Shown: one piece after another, positions 38,654 through 49,500 of the stretch | How positions within the stretch are numbered: position 1 is the first letter of the stretch | Layout of the letters: the number at the start of each line of letters is the position of its first letter | Origin: a virus | Taxonomy: Duplodnaviria > Caudoviricetes | Strand: one strand, 5' to 3' | Virus record (IMG/VR): IMGVR_UViG_3300017766_003100 | Span: 96,001 to 160,000 of that record | DNA: 64,000 bases | Made by a program: the position numbers and the translations under genes | Notes under the pieces: model-generated | Told to the model about the DNA's origin: nothing | Databases searched by the model: none | What the model saw: only the letters and a program-made list of their open reading frames with translations

Positions 38654-40407
38654 TGGGAAACGTAGATAATTTAAGAGTAGTTTTAGGTTCACTTAGGTAC
38701 AAATCAGCACCTAATACAAACCTATTTTTTCAAGTGCCACTTTTACAAACTCACAAAGAAATGGATGAGTTTGATAGAAGTGTTGATGTATCGTTAGAAC
38801 AAGTTTTTGATGATGAAAGACAAAAATCAGATTTATTTAGACCCACTTGTAAATTCTCATTAATATTCAAGAATAATCTTAGTGGAACAACTAATTACGA
38901 ACCTTTTGAAAACAATCTTTATTACATCAATGCTGAAGTCGCGGCCGCAGCTCAATGTCAATATGGGACATCAACAGCTTGGTCAGGTTATCCTCAATTC
39001 AATGAATTTGATTTTATTAGAAATGACTATAATATATCAGGTTATACAATACCATCAGGTAACACACCACCACATATAAACTTTGTTTCAAAAAGTGCCA
39101 ATTCATACAATTGGAATTTTTATTTAAGTTATCCATATGATAATGTTAATAAACAATTGGAAGTTATTGATGAAAATAATACTTTAATTTCATGGTCAGC
39201 AACAACAGGTATTCCATTTACAATTCAAAAACGAACATCAAATGGTAAACCACTAATCACATTTAATTGTCCTATGAAACATGGATTGAGTGTGGGAGAA
39301 TATGTTTCTTTGAGTATATCTTACAATAATAGAAACACATTCCAAGTTTATACTTTGGGAAATAATTTTTATAACACAGATGAATATTCATTCAATATTA
39401 TAGATACTGGTTTCACTGGGTCAACATTCAATAATGGTGTTATAGGAACACTTAAAAGAATAATTTATCTTTCAAATACAGCTGATACAATATCAAAATA
39501 TTATGTTAGAAGACATAAAATTTTAACAAATCCTGAAGATGCTGTTATGGTCAAAGCTGGATTTGAACAAAATATTTTTGGTTCTAAAAAGAAATATGAA
39601 AGTTCAGGATTTACACCAAATAAAGTGGCGAGGGTTTCAATACTTGAAGGTTCACAATCATATACGTTATCATTTAATTCGGATATTAGAATAAGTCCAT
39701 TATTGGATAACCAAAAACGACCTATAACTGAGTTATTCTTTACAGTTTTATGGAAGGGTTATTTTGGATGGACATTGGGGGTTGATGGTAATAATGACCC
39801 AAGAAAACTTAAACAAGGTTACCAATTTAATTTACCAAATGGGGGTGTACCTACAAATTGGTGGAGTTATACTAATTCAAAATCAAATACGGATTTCACT
39901 TATACCACTTTTACAAGAGACAATTATACCTTTACCTATGTAAATTCTTTAAAATCAGGTGATATTGTTGATGGTGCATTTTGTGAATGGAATGATTATG
40001 AACAAAAAGAAAGAATCATATCACCATTATATCACAAAATAACATACAATTCATCGGTGTTTAACTTAAATGATACCTCAGTGAATACAAATCCTAAAGG
40101 TTATTATTTTGAACCACATTATCCTTTAACAATAAGTGTATATTCAAATTATATTGAAGAAGCACCACCACAAAACAATTATGATATACCAAATTACGCA
40201 TATTTTTCAGTAAATGACAATGCTTTTAAATGGAGAGATATATATTCATATGGATATATTGATACTGCAGGTTTAGGCGTTAACTATCCATTTTTAAATG
40301 GTTCACATTATCCTTATGGTAATTTTATGTTTAGAATCATACCTGAAGGAAGTGACTTTGTTGACCAAACCATAATCGAAGACCCAACTATTGACCCTTG
40401 TGAGTAA
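38653..40407 (+). CDS. Putative virion structural protein (584 aa)
   Basis: Translationally coupled in baseplate operon; Asn/Tyr/Thr-rich beta composition. Confidence 0.55.
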   Translation: MGNVDNLRVVLGSLRYKSAPNTNLFFQVPLLQTHKEMDEFDRSVDVSLEQVFDDERQKSDLFRPTCKFSLIFKNNLSGTTNYEPFENNLYYINAEVAAAAQCQYGTSTAWSGYPQFNEFDFIRNDYNISGYTIPSGNTPPHINFVSKSANSYNWNFYLSYPYDNVNKQLEVIDENNTLISWSATTGIPFTIQKRTSNGKPLITFNCPMKHGLSVGEYVSLSISYNNRNTFQVYTLGNNFYNTDEYSFNIIDTGFTGSTFNNGVIGTLKRIIYLSNTADTISKYYVRRHKILTNPEDAVMVKAGFEQNIFGSKKKYESSGFTPNKVARVSILEGSQSYTLSFNSDIRISPLLDNQKRPITELFFTVLWKGYFGWTLGVDGNNDPRKLKQGYQFNLPNGGVPTNWWSYTNSKSNTDFTYTTFTRDNYTFTYVNSLKSGDIVDGAFCEWNDYEQKERIISPLYHKITYNSSVFNLNDTSVNTNPKGYYFEPHYPLTISVYSNYIEEAPPQNNYDIPNYAYFSVNDNAFKWRDIYSYGYIDTAGLGVNYPFLNGSHYPYGNFMFRIIPEGSDFVDQTIIEDPTIDPCE

Positions 40408-41218
40408 CTATTATTATTTAAAACTTCCGATAACTAATCAAACTATTCAATTACCCATTGAAATACAATGGGATTTTTTGGATAGGTCAGATAGTATTGA
40501 GATTTACCAAGATGAAATTGTAAAACAAGTTATTGGTTCACCTGAAGATTTTGAAATTAAACAATTTACTCACGATGTTGTATCACCACTAAGTCCAAAA
40601 ACTGACGTGAACTATGAGTTTTATTTTTATAACACTGGTTCATCAACAAGTATTTCTGCAACTACAGCATCAACTGATTGGGTAAATTCTTATGTTACTG
40701 AAGGATTTACTACAAAAGAAATATATTATTTTAGTAATCCATTTACAAAATCTTTTTTCAAATTGGATTTCTATGATTCTCCTGACCCAAAAAACCAAAT
40801 AAATTATTTTACAATAATAATACCAACACAACAAGGTTTTACGATGACCACATCAACATCACCAAGTTTACCAAATGTATTGATTAAGAAACCTAAATTC
40901 AAATTAGATTATGTTGGTGATAAAGAAGGGTTTTTTATTTATTGGTTAAGAAGTAGAACATATTTGAATATTGATACTTTTTATATGAGTGCTAAATTTT
41001 TTGATGCAAAAATTGGTGTATTTGTAAAGATGATGAATGAACCGCAATCTTCATTACCCATTGGTGTTGGAAGATTTAACTTTTCGGGTTCTACATATTT
41101 TTATAATAAGGTCGTTTTGGATTACGATGAAAAAACCTATCAAATTTTTAATAGTTCAAATCAAAGAATAGGTTTTGAAAACAACCCAATAAAATGGTAT
41201 GAATATGTAAATCAATAA
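40400..41218 (+). CDS. Putative virion structural protein (GTG start at 40400; ORF track start 40391)
   Basis: Coupled ORF in structural operon; no specific motif. Confidence 0.55.
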   Translation: MSNYYYLKLPITNQTIQLPIEIQWDFLDRSDSIEIYQDEIVKQVIGSPEDFEIKQFTHDVVSPLSPKTDVNYEFYFYNTGSSTSISATTASTDWVNSYVTEGFTTKEIYYFSNPFTKSFFKLDFYDSPDPKNQINYFTIIIPTQQGFTMTTSTSPSLPNVLIKKPKFKLDYVGDKEGFFIYWLRSRTYLNIDTFYMSAKFFDAKIGVFVKMMNEPQSSLPIGVGRFNFSGSTYFYNKVVLDYDEKTYQIFNSSNQRIGFENNPIKWYEYVNQ

Positions 41219-42396
41219 TGCAAGATAGAAATTTTCATATAAGAATTTCACCTGAATTTATCAATGGAGATAAATTTTTTGTTAGGTACAATGCTGGTAA
41301 TTCACCAACTGGTAATACTTTTGACCCTTGTTGTGAAATAACAACCACAACAACCACTCAAAACTATACAGGATTTACAATAGCATATTCAGCATTTACT
41401 GATATACTTTCAGGTGGAACTGATGGTTCATCGTTATTAACTGGATTAACCATACCAATTTTTTTAACCCAAACTGCGGTTGATTTTGGTTACTATTCAG
41501 TATTTGATGGATTTGTTTTACAGAAAGATACAATGTTGAATTTCTTATTTTCAGGTAATTCAATATCACCATATACTTGTTATGTTTACAACACATCCGA
41601 ATTAGAATTTAAAAAATATTTGAGTTTCTCAAATTATTATTTGGATTGGGGAGATGGTACAAATGTTCAAATAATTGGGCCTAATATTCCAATGCCATTT
41701 CAACATACATATCCACCTTCTCCTGCTGAATATACGATAACATTCAGTGGTATGAGTCCTTGGGGTAATAATCTTATTAAGAAAAAGGTATATGTACCAT
41801 TTACTGGAGTCACAATAGATAATCCAAATGGTACGGCATATTTTACTCCACAAGGAGGCAGTTGGTCAGGTTCAGCATTACAATATGATTTTATATATAG
41901 TGGTGATACCACTTGTGAAATTTATCAAGGAGGAAATAATCCTTTCTTATCAGGACCATTAATCATCACGGGATATACAAAGTCCTCAATTGAGGATTTA
42001 AGTCAGTATGGCCCTAAAAGTGGATTATATGGGGGTAAATTCAAGGCAAATCAACAAGTCACAGGTTCTACTGGTGTTGTCGGAATTGTTTATTCAGGTA
42101 ATTCATCATTACCATATACAGCATACACAATTAATGGTATGGACTATTATGATTATGATGATGGTAAAACTATCTTTATAATTTCAGGCGTCACACCAAT
42201 TGATGTTGTATGTTCTGCAATAACCAAACAAGAATTCTTATTAAATGTTGTTGACGAGCCTGAAATTCAATCGGATGTTTACATTGAAAGAGGTAAAAAT
42301 TCGGCATTAGAAAGATTGATGAGACTTGGTGAAGTTGATAATGTTGGGGACTTAACAAAATATGGATACGGATTCTTTAATGTTATAAAAACATAA
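41218..42396 (+). CDS. Putative virion protein with PKD-like domain
   Basis: YYLDWGDGT...FQHTY...YTITFSG PKD signature. Confidence 0.6.
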   Translation: MQDRNFHIRISPEFINGDKFFVRYNAGNSPTGNTFDPCCEITTTTTTQNYTGFTIAYSAFTDILSGGTDGSSLLTGLTIPIFLTQTAVDFGYYSVFDGFVLQKDTMLNFLFSGNSISPYTCYVYNTSELEFKKYLSFSNYYLDWGDGTNVQIIGPNIPMPFQHTYPPSPAEYTITFSGMSPWGNNLIKKKVYVPFTGVTIDNPNGTAYFTPQGGSWSGSALQYDFIYSGDTTCEIYQGGNNPFLSGPLIITGYTKSSIEDLSQYGPKSGLYGGKFKANQQVTGSTGVVGIVYSGNSSLPYTAYTINGMDYYDYDDGKTIFIISGVTPIDVVCSAITKQEFLLNVVDEPEIQSDVYIERGKNSALERLMRLGEVDNVGDLTKYGYGFFNVIKT

Positions 42397-42402
42397 AAAT
42401 GA

Positions 42403-42409
42403 TATTTAT
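42403..42409 (+). promoter_or_regulatory. TATTTAT candidate late-promoter motif
   Basis: 20 nt upstream of ATG 42430. Confidence 0.55.
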
Positions 42410-42429
42410 TAAAAAACAAATTATAGAAA

Positions 42430-43338
42430 ATGGCAATTGGTAATTATGGTACAATTAGACCCTCAGATGTTTCACCCGAAGATGTTGAAATAATCTTAAA
42501 CTATACTCCATCTAGAGATGAGACTCAGAATTTTGTATTGACGAAATTAGATGCTAAATCAATATTACGACCATATTTTAATAATTCGGACACTGGCGGT
42601 AATGCGGGTGTTGAAATATTAGGAGGACTTTATAATTTAACATTACCTGCTGAACAATTTAATAGATTGGGTATATACACATTAATGATAAGACCAGCTC
42701 AGATAAGAACTACAATATTAGATTGTGGTATATTATCAGCATTACCAAATGTCAAAGGACTTGTAATTGATTTAAATTCAGTTTCAAATGAATATAGAAA
42801 CAAATTTGTTAATCAAGGTTTGGTTGGATTTAGAGTTGAATATTTGAATGATGATGGGTCAAAAATACCTAATTTTTTCAGGATTATTACATCATCATTT
42901 TTTTGTGAACCAGTTGTTCAAAATTTAACAAATACGTCACAAAAATCTGTAAGATACAGATATACAGACTCAAGTACTAATTTAATATTTTGTACTTTAT
43001 CACCATCAACAGCACCAACATACAAACCAAATGCTATTCCTTTTATAGGACAACCAAATCAAAATATAATAATAACTAATACTTTTTTTAATCCGATAGT
43101 TTTGGATATTGAGGTAGCTGAACACGACTTCTCAACATTGGCGATAGGTCTATTTGGTAATCAGACCAAATCTATTGATGATGGTATTTACACACTTTAC
43201 GATAGTGATAATAACATATATAAACAATATAACTTATACGAAATCAGAGACCAATTTAATGACTTACTTTACGAGGTTAGACAAGATAGAGGGGATAATA
43301 TTGATTTCAGTAAAAACTTTACAAATATTACTCAATAA
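42430..43338 (+). CDS. Putative virion structural protein (302 aa)
   Basis: Late motif upstream, structural operon context; no family recognised. Confidence 0.55.
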   Translation: MAIGNYGTIRPSDVSPEDVEIILNYTPSRDETQNFVLTKLDAKSILRPYFNNSDTGGNAGVEILGGLYNLTLPAEQFNRLGIYTLMIRPAQIRTTILDCGILSALPNVKGLVIDLNSVSNEYRNKFVNQGLVGFRVEYLNDDGSKIPNFFRIITSSFFCEPVVQNLTNTSQKSVRYRYTDSSTNLIFCTLSPSTAPTYKPNAIPFIGQPNQNIIITNTFFNPIVLDIEVAEHDFSTLAIGLFGNQTKSIDDGIYTLYDSDNNIYKQYNLYEIRDQFNDLLYEVRQDRGDNIDFSKNFTNITQ

Positions 43339-46300
43339 TGGCCAATAAATTTACTTGTCCGCCACAAGGGGCTTCAGGTTCGGATACTTTTTCAGATAAT
43401 CTAGTTGGGGTTCAATTAGTTGCTGGTGGGGGTTTAACACAAGGTAATTTTAATTTTACTACGGCAGTAACGGAGAAGGTTAATCGTACTTTTAGTACGG
43501 GTGTATTCTCAAACCCTATGAGTTTAGACTCAATGGGCGTGAGTGATATTAATCAGGCTAAAGCAATTGTTGAGAATAACTTTAAAGTTTATCCAAATTT
43601 TGATTTATCTCAAGTATTAAATTATGCTACATATGGTTCATTATCCAAAAGGATTTCAGCATCAATAACAACAATCATTAGTTATTTTCCTGCTGCGATT
43701 GAATCTACAGCAATTGGTTTAAATTACACATCAGGAACAACAGCAACAAATATAATTTACAATGAGATTTCAAATGAAACTTCATTTGATTTGGATGTGT
43801 CAAGATTAAGAAATCCATTTGAAGTTGATTTTACAGTAAATTCGACAAGAAATTTACAACTTAGGGAAATTGAAGTGTCGCCATTGAGGGATATGACAGT
43901 TCAATATGCAAATTACTCATTATATTATTTAGATAATGGTTATAATGTTACTCGAATAATACCAACAAATAGTTTAACATCTGGAACATTAAAAATATAT
44001 GTTGCGGGTAATCCGTTTTCAGGTTCAAGTGAAAGTTATAATGATATTATTATTAGACCAAATGACTCAGTTGTTGCTAAAACATTCAATGAAGATTTAG
44101 ATGAAATTGAAAACTTTTTATTAAATAGAAATATTGTTCCGATATACACTTCTTCCTTTAAAGTTCCTGTTGAAGCTGAAGATGGTTCATTTTATATTGA
44201 AAATAGACTTGTAACTTGGCCACTATATGGTAGATGGAATCTTGACATTTTAACAGCAAATTTCCAATTATACCTATCCTCGCTTAATCAAATTAGTGAG
44301 TATTATGATGAATATAAAACAAATTTAATTTCAAGATTTTTAACCACTGGTGCTTTTAATGATTTTGACACTGATGGTAGAAAAATGGAAAAAGTACTTC
44401 AAATCTATGGTAGAAGTTTTGATGAAGTACAAAAATTTATTACAGCATTGTCTTTTATGACATCTGTAAATTACAATGTAGGAAATGATATCCCATCACA
44501 ATTATTAAGAAACTTAGCATTAACTTTAGGATGGAACACAAATATTACACCAATATCTAATGAGGATTTCCTTAAATCAGTATTTGGTGAAACAAATTAC
44601 GATAAATCAAATTATAGTGGTGTTGCCGTACAACCAACACCTGATGAACTAAATTATCAATATTATAGAAATGTAATATTGAATTCAGCTTTTCTTTTTA
44701 AATCTAAAGGAACAAGAAAATCAATTGAAGGTTTATTAAGAATGATTGGCGCTCCTGAAGCCTTAACTGAATTTAATGAATATGTTTATTTAGCCGACCA
44801 AAGAATAAATTTGGATGAATTTGATACGTATTGGGCTAATTTATCAGGTGGGACATCAATTACAGAAACACCAACATTAGAGGAAGGAAATGTATTTTCA
44901 ATACAAGGTATTGAATATACTGGTTTCACAACAACAAATACAATCCAAAGTGTAAATCTTTCATTATCAGATTATCCAATAGATAGTGAAGGATATCCAT
45001 CAGCACCAGTTGATTCGGAGAGTTACTTCTTCCAAATTGGGGGTGGTTGGTTTGAACAAACACCTCAACATAGAGGACCTGAAGTTGTTGATACTACATT
45101 CAGTGTATTCACAGGTCAAAGTACTGTATTACAAACAAGTTTACTACCACCAACTTACGGACAAATTTATTTAAATAGATTCAGAAAATTTCCATTTATG
45201 AATCTTGGGTTTGTATTGAAGTCTCAAATTGATAACAATAAAAGTTGGTATGATAATGAGGTAGGCTTAAGAAGTAATTTGGATGGAAATATTAATGCGA
45301 GATATTTTACTACCGATGACAGATTGGTGTTAAATGTCAAGAATGTTGACATATTTATGAACCCTGCTCAAGGTATTTTATATGATGTTTGGGCGATGTC
45401 TAGACAATATAATTACCCAATTCCAAACGAAGGATTAAATTATGTTCCACCAACTTATTGTGACCCTAATCCATATACTATCTACCCTGATAAAGGTGGT
45501 GTTGACTGGACAATAATTAATCCACAACCAGCACGTAAAACATTTTTTGAATTTGCTCAAACTTTTTGGCAAAATACAATTAATGTAAGAAATAGACAAT
45601 ATTCATCAAATGGTAAAACTGGGGGGTATCCAACATTAGAATCAATCTATTGGAAATATATTCAGTCTGAAGAATTTGCTGAAATACCTAATAACAATTT
45701 CAAGTATGATAATATGATTGAATATGTTAATGGTATGGGTGATTATTGGATTAGATTAATTGAACAAATGATACCCGCAACAACAATATGGAATACGGGT
45801 ATTAAAATGGAAAATTCAATTTTTCATAGACAAAAATTTGTATGGAGAAGACAAGAGGGATGTCAGTTAGTTCCAGGTGATAAGGGTGGAAGTCAAAGTA
45901 TACCACCAACAAAAGAAACTCAAGGAGGACCATTAGTTTCAACTCCACCTGCAGGATTTAGTGTTCCAACAATCAAAAATAAACCAGGTGGTGAAGGTAA
46001 AAGTGGAGGTGGAACTGGATATAAAGGTATGCCACCACTTTGTAGACCTTGTGCATTAATAACTAATATATTTGAATATGATTGTAATGTGGAATCTATT
46101 GAGTGTCCAATTTATCCTTGGGAATCTGACCCACAAGTTACATCACTTTCGGGTGTTTTAGGTAAAGTATTGAATACATATTTAGCCAATAATGGTTATG
46201 ATTTAAATGATTGTGTTCAGAATACTTTAACTAGTGAATGGTATATTGAACTTAAAGTGAGTGGTGTTACTATGGTTCAGACATCATTCTTTAATGGTGT

Positions 46301-46514
46301 TACCTTTTCATTCGCACCATTCAACGCGCCAACAGAAACTCAGTACTTTAATGCTTTAATTTCTTCTTTGGACTCTTTGAAAAATATGGGATATGATTAT
46401 TATTTAACAGACAACAATACAGTTGTTGTGTATAATCAAACTTGTCAAACGAATGACAATGGTTTGTTATTTACAATTGATATTGGTATAAACTTTCAAA
46501 TATATTGTAGTTAA
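43338..46514 (+). CDS. Baseplate wedge protein (P2 gpI / T4 gp7-like domain)
   Basis: LALTLGW...YRNVILNSAFLFKSKGTRKSIEGLLRMIG matches the Tail_P2_I pattern. Confidence 0.65.
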   Translation: MANKFTCPPQGASGSDTFSDNLVGVQLVAGGGLTQGNFNFTTAVTEKVNRTFSTGVFSNPMSLDSMGVSDINQAKAIVENNFKVYPNFDLSQVLNYATYGSLSKRISASITTIISYFPAAIESTAIGLNYTSGTTATNIIYNEISNETSFDLDVSRLRNPFEVDFTVNSTRNLQLREIEVSPLRDMTVQYANYSLYYLDNGYNVTRIIPTNSLTSGTLKIYVAGNPFSGSSESYNDIIIRPNDSVVAKTFNEDLDEIENFLLNRNIVPIYTSSFKVPVEAEDGSFYIENRLVTWPLYGRWNLDILTANFQLYLSSLNQISEYYDEYKTNLISRFLTTGAFNDFDTDGRKMEKVLQIYGRSFDEVQKFITALSFMTSVNYNVGNDIPSQLLRNLALTLGWNTNITPISNEDFLKSVFGETNYDKSNYSGVAVQPTPDELNYQYYRNVILNSAFLFKSKGTRKSIEGLLRMIGAPEALTEFNEYVYLADQRINLDEFDTYWANLSGGTSITETPTLEEGNVFSIQGIEYTGFTTTNTIQSVNLSLSDYPIDSEGYPSAPVDSESYFFQIGGGWFEQTPQHRGPEVVDTTFSVFTGQSTVLQTSLLPPTYGQIYLNRFRKFPFMNLGFVLKSQIDNNKSWYDNEVGLRSNLDGNINARYFTTDDRLVLNVKNVDIFMNPAQGILYDVWAMSRQYNYPIPNEGLNYVPPTYCDPNPYTIYPDKGGVDWTIINPQPARKTFFEFAQTFWQNTINVRNRQYSSNGKTGGYPTLESIYWKYIQSEEFAEIPNNNFKYDNMIEYVNGMGDYWIRLIEQMIPATTIWNTGIKMENSIFHRQKFVWRRQEGCQLVPGDKGGSQSIPPTKETQGGPLVSTPPAGFSVPTIKNKPGGEGKSGGGTGYKGMPPLCRPCALITNIFEYDCNVESIECPIYPWESDPQVTSLSGVLGKVLNTYLANNGYDLNDCVQNTLTSEWYIELKVSGVTMVQTSFFNGVTFSFAPFNAPTETQYFNALISSLDSLKNMGYDYYLTDNNTVVVYNQTCQTNDNGLLFTIDIGINFQIYCS

Positions 46515-49500
46515 TGGCTTGTAGTTTATTTGTAACATTAACTGGTTATACGGGTGATTGTTCAAACACAAATAGTGGTGCTTTTGGTTTAACCATTGAT
46601 GGTACAGCACCTGATTACACAATTCAGTGGATAAACCCTTCCTATGGTACAATTCCATTAGGTGCTGGTGTTACAGGATATAGTGTTAATTCACTCTCAG
46701 CAGGAACATATTCATTATATGTTGTTGATAGTTGTCCTTCGGGAAATACTTATTCATTATTAAATGTTTATATTTCATCAGGTTCTTGTGTATCTATTTT
46801 AGATAGTTCAAATACATCTTGTGGATTTGATAATGGGTCAATAACCACAGCAACTTCAAATCTTTATTTTGCGTCAACTTATTATTTATATGAACTCAAT
46901 GATGGATTTATATCATCAGGAGTTACCCAAAATACTAGTTATGAATTCAATTCTCTATCTGCAGGAACTTATTATGTTATTGCTGATGATGGTGGTGGTT
47001 GTAGTGGAAAATCTGAATCTTGTATTATAAAGAGTTCATCAACATTAAATTTTGGATTATATCAGATTAATAACTCAGCTTGTGTTAATAGTCTTGGTTC
47101 TTTATATGTTACAGGGTTAACTGGAACTCCCCCATATACTTATTCTTGGTTACCAAATGGTGAAACAACTTCTTTCATTACTGGGTTAACCAATGGTTCA
47201 TATTCAGTTGTAGTTACTGATGGATTAGGGTGTACAACATCTCAAGGTGCTATAATTGGACAAGTCCCAACTTTGGGTACTATTTTATTGAATGATGTAC
47301 AACCATCTTGTTTTTCAGCAACTGGTGAAACAACTTTATATATTTCAGGGGGTACAGCACCTTACCACATTCAAGGTTCTAATGGTGAAATTGCAATAAC
47401 TTTTTCAACAATTTATACATTTACTGGATTACCTGCAGGATATTTTTCAGTAGTAGTTACTGATGCGGGTCTTTGTCAATCAACAGCATATACCACATTA
47501 TTAACACCAAGTGCATTATCTGTTGTTACAATTAATGTTACTAATTCTAATTGTAATAATACAGATGGTGAAATATCAGTATCCGTATTTGGTGGGGCTG
47601 CCCCATACACATATACGTTAATTGACTCAAGTACCAATTCACAAATAGGAATACAACCAGTTCAAAATGCGGGTTTCATCTTTACTTCATTGAGTTCAGA
47701 TACTTACACGTTATTAATTAATGATTCATCAAATTTATGTCCATATTCAGGTACAGTTGTTGTTAGTAATAATGTGTTATTTACATTAACAGCACAAACA
47801 ACAAGTACAACTTGTGACCAACCTAATGGTTCAGTTACTTTGGGTATTACAACTGGTGGAACAGCACCATATAGATACCAAATCAATGGATTTGATATTT
47901 TAAATGTGACTGGTTTAACTTATAGTTTTACAAATCTATCATCAGGAAATTATACAGCAATTGTAACTGATGCTAATTTATGTTCACAAACATTACCATT
48001 TACAATTACAAATTTAGGGTCTCTTGATTTTGTTTTATCATCAACAAATCCTACTTTTGGAAATAATGGTGAAATAAGTACGTTAATAACAGATGGAACT
48101 CCACCATTTACATTAAATTGGAGTTCAAATGTTAATGGCCAAACTGGTTTAACAGTGACAGCATTAACTGCGGGAACTTATGTTTTAAGTATTACGGATT
48201 CTTTGGGTTGTACACAAACAAGAAGTTCAATATTAACTGGTTTTAATTTGGTTTCATCTTTTGAAACTTACAATATATGTGAAGGGGCATTAATAGATAA
48301 TGGTTCAAATGTTAGAAAAGGACCTCAACAAATGTTAATAGAAGGATTTACTGATTTAACATCAGGTGATACTAATTGTATATTAAATCAAGCTATTTTT
48401 GAAGTTGAAGTTACTTTATCAGGTGTTAGTGCGACAACGACAGCAACAACATTCTACACTGGAACAAGTATAAATGATTTCCCTGGTGATGACGATTATT
48501 ATTATGCCGTAAGGTCATTATTACTTGGATTTTCAGGTATAACTGATGTTATTATTGAACCTGTCCAAAATCAAATTACAATAGCAACAATTTGTAATCC
48601 ATCAGCGGAATATGTTGATGCTGAAATAATAATTGGAATAAAAATATATTACGATATAAGTTGTGAAGATACTGCACCACCAGTATTAGTACCATTTATA
48701 TTTACAATCGATACTACTAAATTATCGGCAGGTTCAAGTTTAGTTGACCAATTCCAATTACCTACAGTATCAGGTGGATATTATGATTTTGATGTTGATT
48801 GGGGTGATGGAAATACTGATGTTATAACAACTTGGAATGATTCAAATACTTTACATACATATACAGCAACTGGTATTTATCAAATTACTATTAATGGTCA
48901 ATTTAGTGGATTTTCATTCAATAATAGCGGAGACGTTGCTAAAATTTCATCTATTGAACAATGGGGTATATTAGAATTAGGTGATTCTCCTGGACATTTT
49001 TATGGTTGTGTTAATTTAGACTTGAGTGGAACTACAGATGTTATTGATTTGTCAACGACAACAACATTCCTCCAAACATTTAGGAATTGTACATCAATCA
49101 CAACAATTAATAATGCTGAGTTTTGGGATGTATCAACAATTACAGATATGACCGAAACATTTAGAAATGCAACATCATTTAATCATCCAATTGGTTCTTG
49201 GGATGTGTCAAATGTTACAACCACATTTAGAATGTTCCAAACTGCATTTGATTTCAATCAAGATATAAGTGGATGGGATGTATCTAATTTAGTTAACGCT
49301 TTTAATATGTTTACATCTGCAACATCATTTAATCAACCATTGAATAGTTGGAATGTATCTAATATTACAAATATGTCTGGTATGTTTCAAAGTGCGTTAC
49401 TATTTAATCAACCTTTAAGTGGATGGAATGTTTCTAACGTAACTAATATGAGTAATATGTTTTCAAACGCCTCTGTATTCAATCAAGATATTAGTGGATG

